Below are positions 38,170 through 55,173 of a DNA stretch of 64,000 nucleotides, piece by piece. The stretch's first letter is position 1. Every line of letters begins with the position of its first letter. This DNA comes from Amoeboaphelidium protococcarum X5 (taxonomy: Eukaryota; Fungi; Aphelidiomycota), in the NCBI GenBank assembly GCA_023515725.1, contig JALDTO010000135.1, positions 37,413 to 101,412 of the forward strand. The letters are read 5' to 3'. The position numbers were made by a program, and so were the translations under genes. Under the pieces are notes generated by a model. It was not told the origin of the DNA and did no database searches. It was given only the letters and a program-made list of their open reading frames with translations.

Positions 38170-38650
38170 TCTATTACACAATCACGCTTGAAAAGGGAAT
38201 CAATATCAATAATAATAATAATAACAATTTGAGTATTCAATGATGATGAACGGTCGTCGCGGTTGTCTCATCGTGTGAAGAAAACATGAGAAGACAATTC
38301 GCTTGAAATAATTCAGTGCAACTTGTTTCAGCGCCAAGCTGTAATTTCACGTTATTTTTATCGGAGCTTTTGATTTCGTTTAAATCTTGATGTATCGCGT
38401 TGTAACTGAAAGATTAGCATAAAGTGAATGATCGACTCGTTCAGTATTGACTGTTTCATGATACTCTGTGCGTTGTCATGCTTTTGCAATTAGACTACGG
38501 TAATGAGCAAACAATAATGTAACTCGGCAGAGTCTCCATTTTCGATTTAAACTTCAAGCCATCTATTAATCTATTTGCCATCATTATATTTTAAATTGTA
38601 AAATATTTTGGAAGCTGCTTGTAATTTCCGACTATTTCCCACTTTGAATC

Positions 38651-39253
38651 ATGATTGGAACCGTGGAAATTGTTACAGTATTATTATTATGTTTGATCTC
38701 ATTGATTAAATCGCAATCGGTGAACATCACCTCGTTCCGGATGCTTAATCCAGATGTGAATGTGAGTGATGTGAATTATTTTAGCCGAAGTACTGGGTCC
38801 GTTCCATGTGGTGTTGGCGGATCACCTGCCCCTGCTGATAAACGAGTCACTGTATACGAAAGATCTGTGTTGGAGATTGGAGGCAAAGCATTCGGCGGAA
38901 GTGCTGCGGGTAATGTTACTGCGGCGCTCCTCATTGGAAATAATCCCGACTTTTCTCTGTATCCGTCAAACACTGTGGGATTCATTGTGCCTCCCGTGAC
39001 ACTTGTCCCGTTCCCAGTGCCAGTCAATGGTTCCTCGTGGACACTTCCCAGACTGCTTCCCGCGATTTTGGTCAATGTGCAGTAAAACTTATTCGCTACA
39101 ATTTAATTGAAATATTCTGCAGGTTCTGGAGCTGTGTATTATTGTTTAGATGTCACAATCGGGCCTCCCACTACAAATGCCGCGTTGAAGACATAAAAGA
39201 TATCATGGTTAGCTTTGGAAATCGGAATCATGGTAATCCTCTTCACCTACTGA
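38651..39253 (+). CDS. Secreted, probably GPI-anchored protein (BIM1/X325-like fold), 200 aa
   Basis: Signal peptide, PCG motif, ATIQ...GAVYYCLDVTI, hydrophobic C-terminus. In frame through two TAA codons without needing an intron. Confidence 0.65.
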
Positions 39254-39542
39254 TACAATCGATAACAATGTTATTATTAATAAATTCTTGTTTTCGAAAT
39301 TTGATGCCACGTTAGATATTTATTGTTATGACATCATTAAGTAGTTGTGACTTCAATACCAAACACAGTAGAATCAGCGCGAAACTAATCGACGTGTGGC
39401 AATATTGTTTCAGCTTGTTTCAGAATTGCGTCTCGTCTCTCTTGACGCTTGTCACTCATACTGTACAACGGGTTTCTGGCGTAATTCTGTTAGGTCACGA
39501 ACGGCTCTACACTGACTTAAAAAGTATTCAGGGTCAGAAAGT

Positions 39543-41213
39543 ATGACGGTTGAATAAGTGGCTGATAGTGGAGATAAGAAACTCCGTGCAGTGTTGAGAA
39601 TCGCTGAGCAGTATGGACATCCAGCCGTCACAATTCCTCTCTATGATGGATACGTCACGCTTGGGCGCAAAGCTGACATTGTTCTAGAGTATGAGTATAT
39701 ATCGAGTCTACACGCTGCTATTGAAATATGCGAGCATAATTATTGGCTGTAAGATTTGAACTCTACCAATGGCACCTACATTGGCCAGGATGTGCAGCCT
39801 CAAAAGGCGAAACGTTACTATCAAATCAAAGATGGCGATATGTTCAGACTGGGGCGCATGGACATATAATTTAAACTAGTTTCTGCATCATCAATGGAGC
39901 AAGCTTTAGCCGAGATGGAGTCTAATTTTGGCGATAAGAAGGCGAATATAATGTCGGCGGGTGACGATCCTCTGGGAGATGACGAAGAATTTTACTCGGT
40001 CCAGGAGCAGATTCCTGCATAAGCAAATTCCAACGTACTGTTGGTGGCAAACTCTTAGCAAGTCGATGATAAATAGGATTCTAATATGGTAGTAAATTCA
40101 GAAGTGAAGACGGAGGTTGCGCGCTCATAATCATCACATGCCTGCTCCACTCAAAGTCAATCTCGAAATACGTCTGAAGACGCTTAGATTGACGATTTGG
40201 AGGAGAAGATTGTCCCGCATCTGCACCTGACGCAAAATCCCAACTTTGCCATGCCAGCGACACAAGATTCTCTGCTGGAACCGATGCTCGACTCTGATCT
40301 GAAACAAGAGGAGGATAAGAAATTGTTGAAATCTGGTAACAAATAGAAAAAGAAAAAATCATCAGTAGTAGGTAAAGATGTTACGCGTAAGAAGTCTGCT
40401 GGTTCTTTGAAAGCCAGCACATCCAAGCAGGGGAATGTTGATGACTATGATTAAGGAGAGGAAGCGAAACGTGATAAATCACAGAAATCTACTAAGAGTT
40501 AGCGGAGAGCTACTAGAAAATTGTCTCAACCTCAAGTTCCTCAACCTATAGCAGCTGATGTGAAGTATAAAATATCCATTACAAAAATTGAACTGTGCGA
40601 TAAGGATAAAGTGGCATTATAGAGTCTTGGCATCTCGATAGAGCAAGATTTGTCACTGGCTGATTATCTGGTGACTAATAAAATTTATAGAACACCGCGA
40701 TTTTTATGTGCGATTAGCAAGGGAGTTTAAATTCTATCAGATAAGTGGTTAATCGACTCGATCAAGGACGGCGAAATTTTAGATCCAGCGGAATATTAAC
40801 TAAGAGACGTGCAGTTTGAGAAGGATAATGATTTTGTGCTTCAGGAATCTATTGAGAAGGGATTGCAATGTAAGAATGGATTTATGAACGGATATCAATT
40901 TGTGCTGGATGTTGAAGATTCCGCGTACAGTAATTGCGAAGAGGTGATTTTGGCTTCAGGCGGTGAAGTCTTGCAAGTTTTACCAATGCCTAGGAGACCC
41001 AATGTCTTACTTATCACTGATTCAACGCAGAGTTAATATGTGAGAGAGGCTCGTGATGCAGGATGGTAGGATTGTATCTATTCTAAAGAGCTTGTCATCA
41101 TGAGCGCGCTGAAACAGACGATGAATTTGGAAGACTTTCAGGTTGATGCTTCACGTAGTGCATCGTCCTAGAAATAAAATCAACGCAGAAGAAAGAAGCG
41201 CAAGATGTCGTGA
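39543..41213 (+). CDS. FHA plus tandem BRCT protein (MDC1-like DNA damage mediator)
   Basis: LGRKAD...ISSLHA...DLNSTNGTY (FHA). YLVTNKIYRTPRFLCAISKG..ILSDKWL and a second BRCT-like repeat. Confidence 0.85.
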
Positions 41214-41466
41214 TATTTATGACAATTTTAATGTGATATACTTGGGGCGTATTATTTTTTCCTCCATTATTGATTTTCTTCTCAAGTGGGTTTATTGAGC
41301 AACTACAGTAACAGTGATAGTGTGTGTTTATCCGGGTTGATTCGCAAATCTATTTTTCGTCGCCCTCTTATTACTTTCCTTCGTTTCCGTCATTAAAACT
41401 GATTAGCTTATTATTTCTACAGTTGCTCCTAAAATTATTACAGAAAGAGTAAAGGGAGAATATAAA

Positions 41467-42837
41467 ATGTCTAACAGATTTGAGCGAACATCGGACAAGA
41501 AGACAGTGGAGAGGCATTTAAAGATTTTAAAAGATTTATTACAATAGCCGGACAATAAGATTTGTGCTGATTGTAAGAAGCGTGATCCTCGCTGGGCTAG
41601 TGCTAATTTGGGTATTTTTATCTGTCTCCGATGTTCAGGTATCCATCGATCATTGGGTGTGCACATATCCAAGGTGAGGTCTGTGGATTTGGATACATGG
41701 ACTCAGGATCACATTGACAATATGCTCAAATGGGGTAATGCCAGAGCGAATAAGTATTGGGAGCACTCGCTGGGTCCTAATCATACGCCTGATGATAGTC
41801 GTATGGAGAGCTTTATTCGCTCAAAGTATGAATACAAGAAGTTTGTAATGCCTGGACCTATTCCTGAGGATCCTTCTGTACTGGATGGTCCGGCATAGTA
41901 GTAATAGTAGTAGCAGAGAAGTGCTGTGACGGAGCAACGCGGTACTATTCAATAGCAGCAAGTCCCTTAAGCTGCTGCTGCTGCTGGTGGATCAGTTTAA
42001 CCTTCGTATTCTCAACCTTAGCAAGGCTCTGTTTATGGAAATAGTGCTTCATCTTTCAATAGTTAGTAACCGGTGTAATAGAACTCTGCGGTTTAGAAGT
42101 AATAAGTGTAGCAGTAGTAGTAATAGTAGTTTGATCTACTTGGCTTAAACTCTTTTGAACCTCAACAGCCTAGGTAGCCAGCTGTGTAGTACCAACTACC
42201 TTAGTAGTCTTTTGCGCCTGCTCAGTAGTAAAGCAGTCAAACGAATAGCTTTATGCATAGTAAGCCAGCTGCGAATAATAGTAGTAACTTTGCTGATTTC
42301 GCTGGTATTTCCTTTGCTGCTCCGCCCTCTGTGGGCGCTGCTAGTGGATTTGGGAATAACACGAAATCTTTTGGGACTTTCGGTAATCAGTAACCTAATT
42401 CTACTACTACCAACAATTATAGCTCGTCTGGATTTGGAAACTAGCTGGGTATGTCTGCTATGAATGGTTAGAATAGTAGCGGAATTCAGAATAAGAGCAC
42501 TGGAGATGTAAAGTCCAATATCTTATCAATGTACTCGTCCACGCATACTAGTCCAAATTCTCAAGTCAGTAATAACTCTGCTCCAGTCATGGGCGTTGGT
42601 GGCGGCAGTAGCGGTGGTGGTAATGCATTTTCTAGCATTGATCCATTCTCTTAGTTGGGATCATTCAGTAGTTAGTCTAGATCATAACAATAGTAGACCG
42701 CTCAAAACAACTAGTAGCTGTTTGGGTAATAGTAATAGTAGTAACGTCCAGCTTCATTTGGATAGCCGTCGCCGTCACAGCAGGCTTAGTCTCAGGGTGG
42801 CAATTATAATAATCAGCAATGGGGTGATCTGATTTGA
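41467..42837 (+). CDS. ArfGAP (SMAP/Age2-like) with Q-rich tail
   Basis: CADC...PRWASANLGIFICLRCSGIHRSLGVHISKVRSVDLDTW. PolyQ tracts mix TAG, TAA and CAG. Confidence 0.95.
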
Positions 42838-43280
42838 TTTTAGATGAATCTAACTTGTCGTGATTTGTCAACACCGGACCGTTTGCTAGTGACGTCTTTT
42901 TGAAGTAAGAGAATCGCAGGTTTTAATGTAAGCTTATAGTTTTCTAACTCTCTATTATCTAGTAGATCATCATTTTCTCTATACAATAACACCTTATCAT
43001 TCATCACAGTGTTTTCATCGTTTGCGAGGTTGGGAAGCGAGAACTGTTTCACTTGGCGCGTTTCAGTCTGACGTTTGTTTCAGAATATTTGTTGACGATC
43101 GCAAATCCCGTTTCCTTATCAATCTCCCGTTTCTCCTCTTCTTATCATTACCATATAACTCACTATTGCTGCATCTTTTATTGGATAGTATATACACTAA
43201 CTCTGTATACAGTACATTATTAATCTTTATATTTTATCAAGTTACTGTTTACACTGAAATTAATTGTTTGAAACGATTGG

Positions 43281-46442
<3,162 letters not shown>

Positions 46443-46543
46443 AATACTATAAAAATATATTATATATACTTGTACCTATGATTGAAGATTTTTCACCTGT
46501 GCATTTAAATAAACAATAGCAGATCAAAATATTTAAATGATGA

Positions 46544-47395
46544 TCATATCTACATCTAAACCAATGGAAAGTCTGCAGAGTCGCTGTATGAGCATCCTCT
46601 TAAGTTCAATTTGCAAAAATCCTTCAGATACAATGACAAACCAGCCTAAGATAATGCCGATTAAAAGCTTTCATAAACTTCATACGGAATCAGACCATTA
46701 CGAGATTTTGACATTACTATACCACCTTCATAGCGGGATGAAACCTCACTCACACCGCAATAATGAATCAGGATAAATTACTTGTCCTCAGATACCTTTA
46801 ACACCTTCCATTGATCTTCACCGCTAAACTTATTCAGCACCGTGTACTTGGCAACTAGCTACCCATCGGCAGTTTTGGGATCCGCATACTCGGCCGAGCA
46901 TTGAATAGTCTTTGTCATGGAGGAAGTAATATTCATGTCGTATACGTAATCCAAAACTAGCGGACCGGATTACTGCTTGATGGTAAAAGACATTCTCTGA
47001 CACTACCAGCAATCGTAAGCCGGATTTAAGCCGCGAATGACATACCAAGGACCATCCGTGAGCAGGCGAAGATCAAAGGATGGCAAGACAGACTTAGCTT
47101 TAGGCAGAGAACACTTCTAATCCTGCTTCAAACAACTATGATCAACCAGGCATTGCAAAAAGGACTGTAGCTATGCATTATCTTCATAGGAGAAAGAGCA
47201 CACGGCACTGCACGTCTGATCAGAACCGCACTTTTACACGCACGACAAGAACTGGCTACAACCACGATCCAGTTTGCATGTCAGCACCGGTTTCCAGCAC
47301 TTGGTCAAAAGGCATCCATACTTAAGATCAATAGAGTACGCAAGATTAGCGACAAACAGCAGGAACACCAAATATGACATTACACGAAAGGACAT
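46544..47395 (-). CDS. Violaxanthin de-epoxidase-like (VDE/VDL) Cys-rich plus lipocalin protein with signal peptide, 283 aa
   Basis: CLLTKC......C.....C.....C...C.....C...C...Y...FLQCLVDHSCL, then GPWYVIRGLNPAYDCWQCQ, EDQWKVL, ILIHYCG...YEGGIVMSK. Confidence 0.8.
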
Positions 47396-47772
47396 AATTT
47401 TCGATTATTCAGTGATTAGAAAATGACAAAGTGCAGGAATATGAAACTTCGCTGGGAAAATGCCCCTTAAAATATTTATGCGCCACAGGTTTTACAATTG
47501 CGCCAATCTCCAATGAGCCACAAAGTCCCATCGTATGTGCATAGCTAATTTATAATAACTTGGTATGGCTTATATTTAAATTTCATACTTAAGCCCTTTG
47601 CTGCCTTTAGAACTTTCATATATTGTACTTGATCACCACCACAAAACTTAAACAATGGGCTATTTTTAAGTCAATCACCTACCACCAAAAACATTATTAT
47701 AAGACTTCCTTCATACATGTGTCTACTCTCTTCTCTATAACACCATAATATAATTGAATTAGAGCAATAAAA

Positions 47773-49154
<1,382 letters not shown>

Positions 49155-49398
49155 ATGATTGATACTGTAGATGATGAGAAATAGTGCTTTACCTAAATAG
49201 ATTCATAATGATGATTGTAGAAATTGTATTTTTTGCTTGGTGGTGTGGTGATCAAACGGGTTGCATCATTTCTACAGCTTAACTGTGTTAGTTGTCGGTG
49301 CTAGAAAATCGAGATGACTTGCAAATGACACTACATTATGTTTTCATTTTGCTTTAAACTTCTGCTTGAAAATCAAAGCGTTTATTATTCAAATTAAC

Positions 49399-50577
49399 AT
49401 GAAGAGTGGCGCTGCAGTGCAAAATTTGTGGTTTGGATCGCTGGGATGGATCTTGATGTAAAATCTGGGGGTACGCGCACTTCCACAGGCTGATATTGCG
49501 AATGTCACGCTTCCCTCTAACCAGACGCAGACATTGACATCGGTTGTACCACTGACAACAATAACTGCGTCTGTGATACCTACAGAGATTATAACTCCTA
49601 CCACTGCTTTGCCTAATGTCACCACTATGATAAACATCACGACAACTACTGCCACTCCGCCTGTTGTGACAACAACATTGAACGTGACAACGCAGCTGGT
49701 TAACGCGACTTCCACCATACCGGTAAGTATCAGTGAAATTGTCAGTGGCACAACTACTTCTCCTACTACAACCTCATTCACGACCACTGCTAATGTTACT
49801 ACTATCCAGACGGTACCCACCGTGATCTCACCTCCTGTTACAGTGACTTCTACAACGACAAGCGAAGCCACTGTTATAACAGTTATAAGTGGAACTAGTA
49901 CTGCTATTACAACGTCTCGAGAAGTCTCAACTTCTACGCCAGCTGGAACTGCGACCACAACTACTACCGCATCTGTCTCTGTGGTGGTGTCAACTACTAG
50001 TGTGCTGGGATCTATCACTGCGACACAATCTCCGGCCATCACCTCTACTACCGCAACTGTATCTCCGTCCACCGTCGAGATTGTCACCACGATCGTATCT
50101 CCATCTGGAACTGTGACAGCGACGACATAGCCAGGAGAGACCTCGATACAGACTCAAATCTCTAGTTAGCCGACAGTAATTGTAGTTCCAACGTCAGCAA
50201 TTCAAACTGTGGTAACACCTACATCTCCAGTGGTAACAGGATCAGTTGAAACTGTGATTCCAGCCACGACTCAGATTGGCTCTGTGGTTACTGTTGTACC
50301 AAGTATTACTTCACAAGTCCCTGTAGTGACTACTACAGGATCTGCTATTGTTTCGCCAATTATTACCACTGCAACTGCAACTGCTACTTCTGGAGTTGTA
50401 GTACCTCCAACCGCGACCGTGGGAATACCAATCAATGTGCCGATCGTCTTTATTGCCTCTGAGATATTTACAACCACCTTGCAACCAAACAATGTCGTTG
50501 CCACTGTTATATGTACAACATTTATCGAATAGCCATGTCCCACGCTGACTCCTGCTGCTCCTCAGATTCCTCAATGA
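49399..50577 (+). CDS. Thr/Val/Ser-rich secreted mucin-like protein, 392 aa
   Basis: Signal-like N-terminus and low-complexity T/V/S/P body. One frame to TGA. Confidence 0.8.
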
Positions 50578-50908
50578 AAAGTATTTAGGTACAGGATATA
50601 ATTGATATCGCGTTCTAAAGGTTACTAATAAACTTGATATTGCTCAAAGCACTTTGATTTCTATTGAAGATCTCCTAGCTTTACAGATTTATGCACCGGC
50701 CAGTTTTTTCATAATCTCAATGACCTGTAAAGACTTGCTCTCAACGACTCTACTCCAGCCAAGTGTTCACTTAGCCAATGTACTGTTAAACATCAGCGAC
50801 GCGTTCATCCCCCCCTTTGAAGCCATTAAGATCTACCATTTTTAAACCTCTTGTGTTAGTAGGAAAATAGCACATTTTAAAGCTTAATTAAGTAGCGCGA
50901 TTAAACAT

Positions 50909-51511
50909 ATGGCAACAAAATATGAAGCCAAATATTAGCATGATGGAACCGTGTCTTGTCACATTTATATTCCAGTTAAATTGGATAAAATTGCCTGTGA
51001 TGCTTACCTCAAAGAACTAGAAAAGCTGTGCAGTCAAGATGGTCAATGTCTGAAGATAATTTCTAGTGACGAGTACCACATTAGTTTGAGTAAACCATTT
51101 AAATTGATGGAGTGCCACAAGGAAATACTGCTACAAAAGTTGCGCGCTATAGCTATGCACATTACTCAATTCAAGATCAGACTTGGAAGTTTGTCGATAT
51201 TCCGCACAGAAGACATGCAGAGGTAGTATTTGGCTATGCAAGTAGCTATGGGTCGCGTTAATGTTGTGGACTTGATCAAGGAGATAGATCGCGTTCTCGA
51301 CTCTCTTTAGTATCCTACATACTACTCACCTCCACAGCCTCATGTATCAGTAGCATATAGTGATTCCGGGTTCAAAGATTTCGTATTATCCGATAATGAT
51401 GAACTCTCTGCCCGCGTATAGAGCGTTAGAATAACAACACCGTTGATGATAGAACGATTTATATGCCGGATTGGAAATGATCATTTCACGATAACTTTAC
51501 ATAGAAAATAA
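50909..51511 (+). CDS. USB1: U6 snRNA phosphodiesterase (2H family; 3' end on TAA TAA TAA, see findings)
   Basis: CHIYIP, YHISLSKP, YY...QPHVSVAY, CRIGN..F.I.L C-terminal strand. Confidence 0.85.
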
Positions 51512-51556
51512 TAATAAAACAATACAAGTACAGTATTCGATTTAAAATATTAAATT

Positions 51557-52948
51557 TCAATCATCGTCAGTGATGATTCTTTTAGCTTTACCTGTAGGAG
51601 TGCCGACATTCTTAGACTCATTACCACCTTCAACGTCAGTGTCACCACCACCACCTTCTTCATCGTCGTCATCGTCAAAGGCATCTAATTCATCTGCTTC
51701 GTCAGAGTAAGTCTCCAATTCTTCGTCATCGTCCACCACAAAATCATCTTCCTTGTCGTAATCATCTCCACGATTCTACAGAAATTTGTTACTAATTTGC
51801 CCGTACTTTTGAGCATAGTCATCCTCCTCTCTAGATGCAGCAACATCTCCATACTCTCTATCCAGTCGCGCAGTCTTTGTACCTCGAGCACGCTTGAAAG
51901 CAAAGTCCAAATCATCTTCTGCATCACCGGCGCCAGACGCACCAAAGATATCATCCTCTTCCTCATCGCTATTCATATTCTACCTGGCAGCTTTCCTCTT
52001 GGCTCGCTGCTTCTCCTACTCGATCTACTCATACACTTTACGACTCTGATTAGGATCATCGAATACAGATAGGAACTTGGTCCTCTTCATACCAGGATTA
52101 GCATTAGATAATTGACCATTCTCAATATTATCCTATTCATTCTCTACAAATCCTTCATAGTTCCTAATTCTATGAGTACGCGTGGCAGTGGGTAGAATAA
52201 CCCATTGCTCATTAACATTATTGACAGATTCGAGGATACCACCATTTTCATGTCTTCGATATATGGCAGTGCTAGACTACACTTTTATAGGATATACATT
52301 CTTCCCAATCTGGAATGCCCATGAACCATCAGACCACTTTACAAGTCTAGCATTACTTTTACCATCTCCGTTAAATCTGATGGTATGAGTAAGAAGATGA
52401 TGAAGCACTTCAAAATCTTTATGACCCACCGCTTCATAGGACTCTGGATCATATGTTGAATATTCAATATTCAGGAAAGTGGGAATCTTTAACGTGGCCA
52501 AGTGCTCCTACTGACTCTATAAACCTGGGATTGCAGAGGGAACATCAACTTTAAGTTCAATCCTTTTTGGTTCTTGGTCAAATTGGTCCTGATCATCTTG
52601 AGAATTCAAATTATCTTAATCTTCATCCTCTTCATCCTCACCAAATAAATCTTTATTCTCCTCTTGCACGAATATATCATTACTATCATACACTTCCTAT
52701 TAGTCTTTCACTGCAGATTACTTATCAGAGTCAGCTATTTACTAATCCTAATCCTTAGAACGTGATTCCTACTACTACTATTATTACTCTGCATTAGATT
52801 CAATCTATTATTATACTTCTGATGCTTCACCTTCATTTTCTGAAGACTCTTCGCCAAAGAGATCCTCATTAGAGTATTCAACATTCTGCTACTACTCAAC
52901 CACCACCTCAGGGTCACTCCAGTCATCTGACGATTCGCCGTGATCCAT
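51557..52948 (-). CDS. LEO1: Paf1 complex subunit Leo1
   Basis: LKIPTFLNIE...YDPESY, TIRF...SNARLVKWSDGSWAFQIG. Acidic termini. Confidence 0.9.
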
Positions 52949-53219
52949 ATTCTATACACACAATATATAATTAAAATATTTTCAGTTCTTTAAGAAATCG
53001 CCGCTATATAAAGAAAATTTTCCAGGAAACGAAGAATGTACAGTAAATGAGCTCTCTCTCTCTCTCCCCTCTCCTTTCTCTTATATCTCGCGTTTCTTCT
53101 GCTTAGCTCTATAACTTTGAACATTACGAAGCTTTCATAAACCGTTTCGTTGCGTTCAACTTCTCAGTCTATAAAAGTAAATGACCATTATGGACGCGCC
53201 ATAGTTTAATTAACTCGAC

Positions 53220-53741
53220 ATGTCATAACGACAAAGTGCTGGCAAGGGAAATATCAGGTTGGACGTTGGTGAGTTGAATCGAAATAATCTTGGACAGGCA
53301 AAGGCGATAAACTCCGTCGTGCTTCCAGTTAAATACTCGGATAAAGTGTACAATACTGTTCTAGACAGGGGACATGGAATGCTTGCCTATTTCAACGACT
53401 CTGTGGTGGGATGTATAACATCATTCCCTGCTGATGCCGCAGAGTTTGGCGCTGATGGCTCTGAGCACACGGGCACTTATATAATGTCGTTTTGCGTTCT
53501 CGCTGCGTACAGAGGATACGGCGTTGGATCAATGCTACTGCAAGAGTTTATAAAAAGTTGTCGAGCTCTGTCTAACGATAACGCCGGCTTTGTCTCAGTT
53601 CACGTCCAGGCTGGCAATGGGAGCGGTTAGAAATTTTATGAAAAGTTTGGCTTTACCGTTGTGAACACAGTTCGCGATTATTACAAAGATCTTCCTGATG
53701 GACAGCGCGACGCGTTTCTGCTCAGATTGGATTTGTCTTGA
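53220..53741 (+). CDS. NAA50: N-alpha-acetyltransferase 50-like GNAT
   Basis: NNLGQ...INSVVLPVKYSDK.Y, YIMSFCVLAAYRGYGVGS, VHVQ..N...KFYEKFGF, YY. In-frame ATGs at 53181 and 53190 are alternative starts. Confidence 0.88.
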
Positions 53742-53917
53742 GAATTTTCTAAAGCATCAACCACTCATTGATTAAGTTCATTATAATCAGTGTCAAAAGT
53801 TGAATAGTAAAAGAAAAAGAGTTATAGTTTTATATGTAAAACAATGTTACTTTTTTATAATTTAAATCACTTCACTTTATCACCTTTATTCTTTTTGAAA
53901 ACGAAATATCAGCAAAC

Positions 53918-54841
53918 TCAGTAAAAGAATGCTGCCATAACCAAAGCACCAAACAGAACGACAGCATTCTGACCAACATGGGAAGCATCGGATCCAAAGT
54001 TGTTCACGTTGTTATTGTTAGGTCTGTTGTTGTTGTTGTTGTTGTTACCGCCACCAATGACAGTCTGGGTAGGCTGTGGCTTAGCAGTGGTGACACCGTT
54101 AATGACAGTCACAACCTGGACGACAGGAGCAGCAGTGTTGATAGGGGTGCCATAGACATAGACAACAGTGTTTGGAGCAATGGTGGTAAATGCCCAGGTG
54201 GTGGTCCAGATGGTTGACACAGGAGCAACAGTGGTGGAGACAGAGGTGAACACGGTAGTGCTATCAACAGCAGTAGTGGTCGTGGCATCGGTGGTGGTAG
54301 TGCTGTTGGTATCGACAATGCTAGTGGTCTCAGAGATCACAGTGCTTGTAGTCTCAGTGGCAGAAGTGGAAGTCTCAGTTGCAGAGCTGGTAGTATCAAC
54401 GACAGTGGTAGTATCAACGACAGTGGTGGTATCAACAACGGTAGTCTCAGTAGCTGTAGTAGTCTCAGTGGCAGTAGTGGTATCAAGAGTGGCCAGAGTG
54501 CTGGATACAATTTCAGTGGAGGTGGAGGTGGTGTCAATGACAGTGCTATCCACAGCAGTAGTAGACTCAACGACCAAAGTGGTAGTCTCGACAGCAACAG
54601 TGGTAGAGGTGGTCTCAACAACGGCAGTGGTGGTAGTGGTCTCAACAACAATCTCAGTGGAGGTGGTGGAGGTAGCGACAACAGAGCTATCTACGACAGA
54701 AGTGCTCTCAGCAACCAAAGTGGTAGTAGGAACGGTAGACTCAGTAGACACGACCAAAGCAGTAGTAGTCTCCACGATGGAGGTCTCTTGAGCGATAGCA
54801 GCAGACGCGGCAATCACGGTAAAAATAGCCAAAAACTTCAT
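53918..54841 (-). CDS. Thr-rich GPI-anchored cell-surface protein, 307 aa
   Basis: Signal peptide MKFLAIFTVIAASAAIA, (VV)DTTT/ETTT repeats, omega-site-like SDA and hydrophobic tail. Confidence 0.88.
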   Translation of the reverse strand: MKFLAIFTVIAASAAIAQETSIVETTTALVVSTESTVPTTTLVAESTSVVDSSVVATSTTSTEIVVETTTTTAVVETTSTTVAVETTTLVVESTTAVDSTVIDTTSTSTEIVSSTLATLDTTTATETTTATETTVVDTTTVVDTTTVVDTTSSATETSTSATETTSTVISETTSIVDTNSTTTTDATTTTAVDSTTVFTSVSTTVAPVSTIWTTTWAFTTIAPNTVVYVYGTPINTAAPVVQVVTVINGVTTAKPQPTQTVIGGGNNNNNNNRPNNNNVNNFGSDASHVGQNAVVLFGALVMAAFFY

Positions 54842-55173
54842 AGCAGGATACGGATAAAGACGGTACTTTCTAATAAAATAGATTCCAAAAATTTGCAGAT
54901 TTTTCAGCTGGGAAGAAGATAGAACGGTGAAAGCATATCAGGGAGTATCAAAATCAGTTCTGAATCAGTTTTGATCAATCAGGGGTAAGTCTTGGCATAT
55001 TAGTCCATAAAGTTTAACCTTGACTCGTAACTATCCGCATACGTTCGCTCAAAATATTATATTTGTCGCGCATTTCAATAAGTTGAAACTAGTGCCAAAC
55101 AATATGAAATAAATTGAGAGAATATTTAACAGAAGTTACGCGTTATTACATCCGAATATCCATCAGACTTCAG

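Noticed and set aside
39082-39122. Apparent GT...CAG intron in the BIM1-like gene
   Set aside because: Reading TAA as Gln keeps the frame and yields the conserved ATIQ motif, so no intron is needed.
49389-54791. Long Val-rich ORFs in the track (49389-50090 minus, 54168-54791 plus)
   Set aside because: Antisense shadows of the Thr-rich genes.
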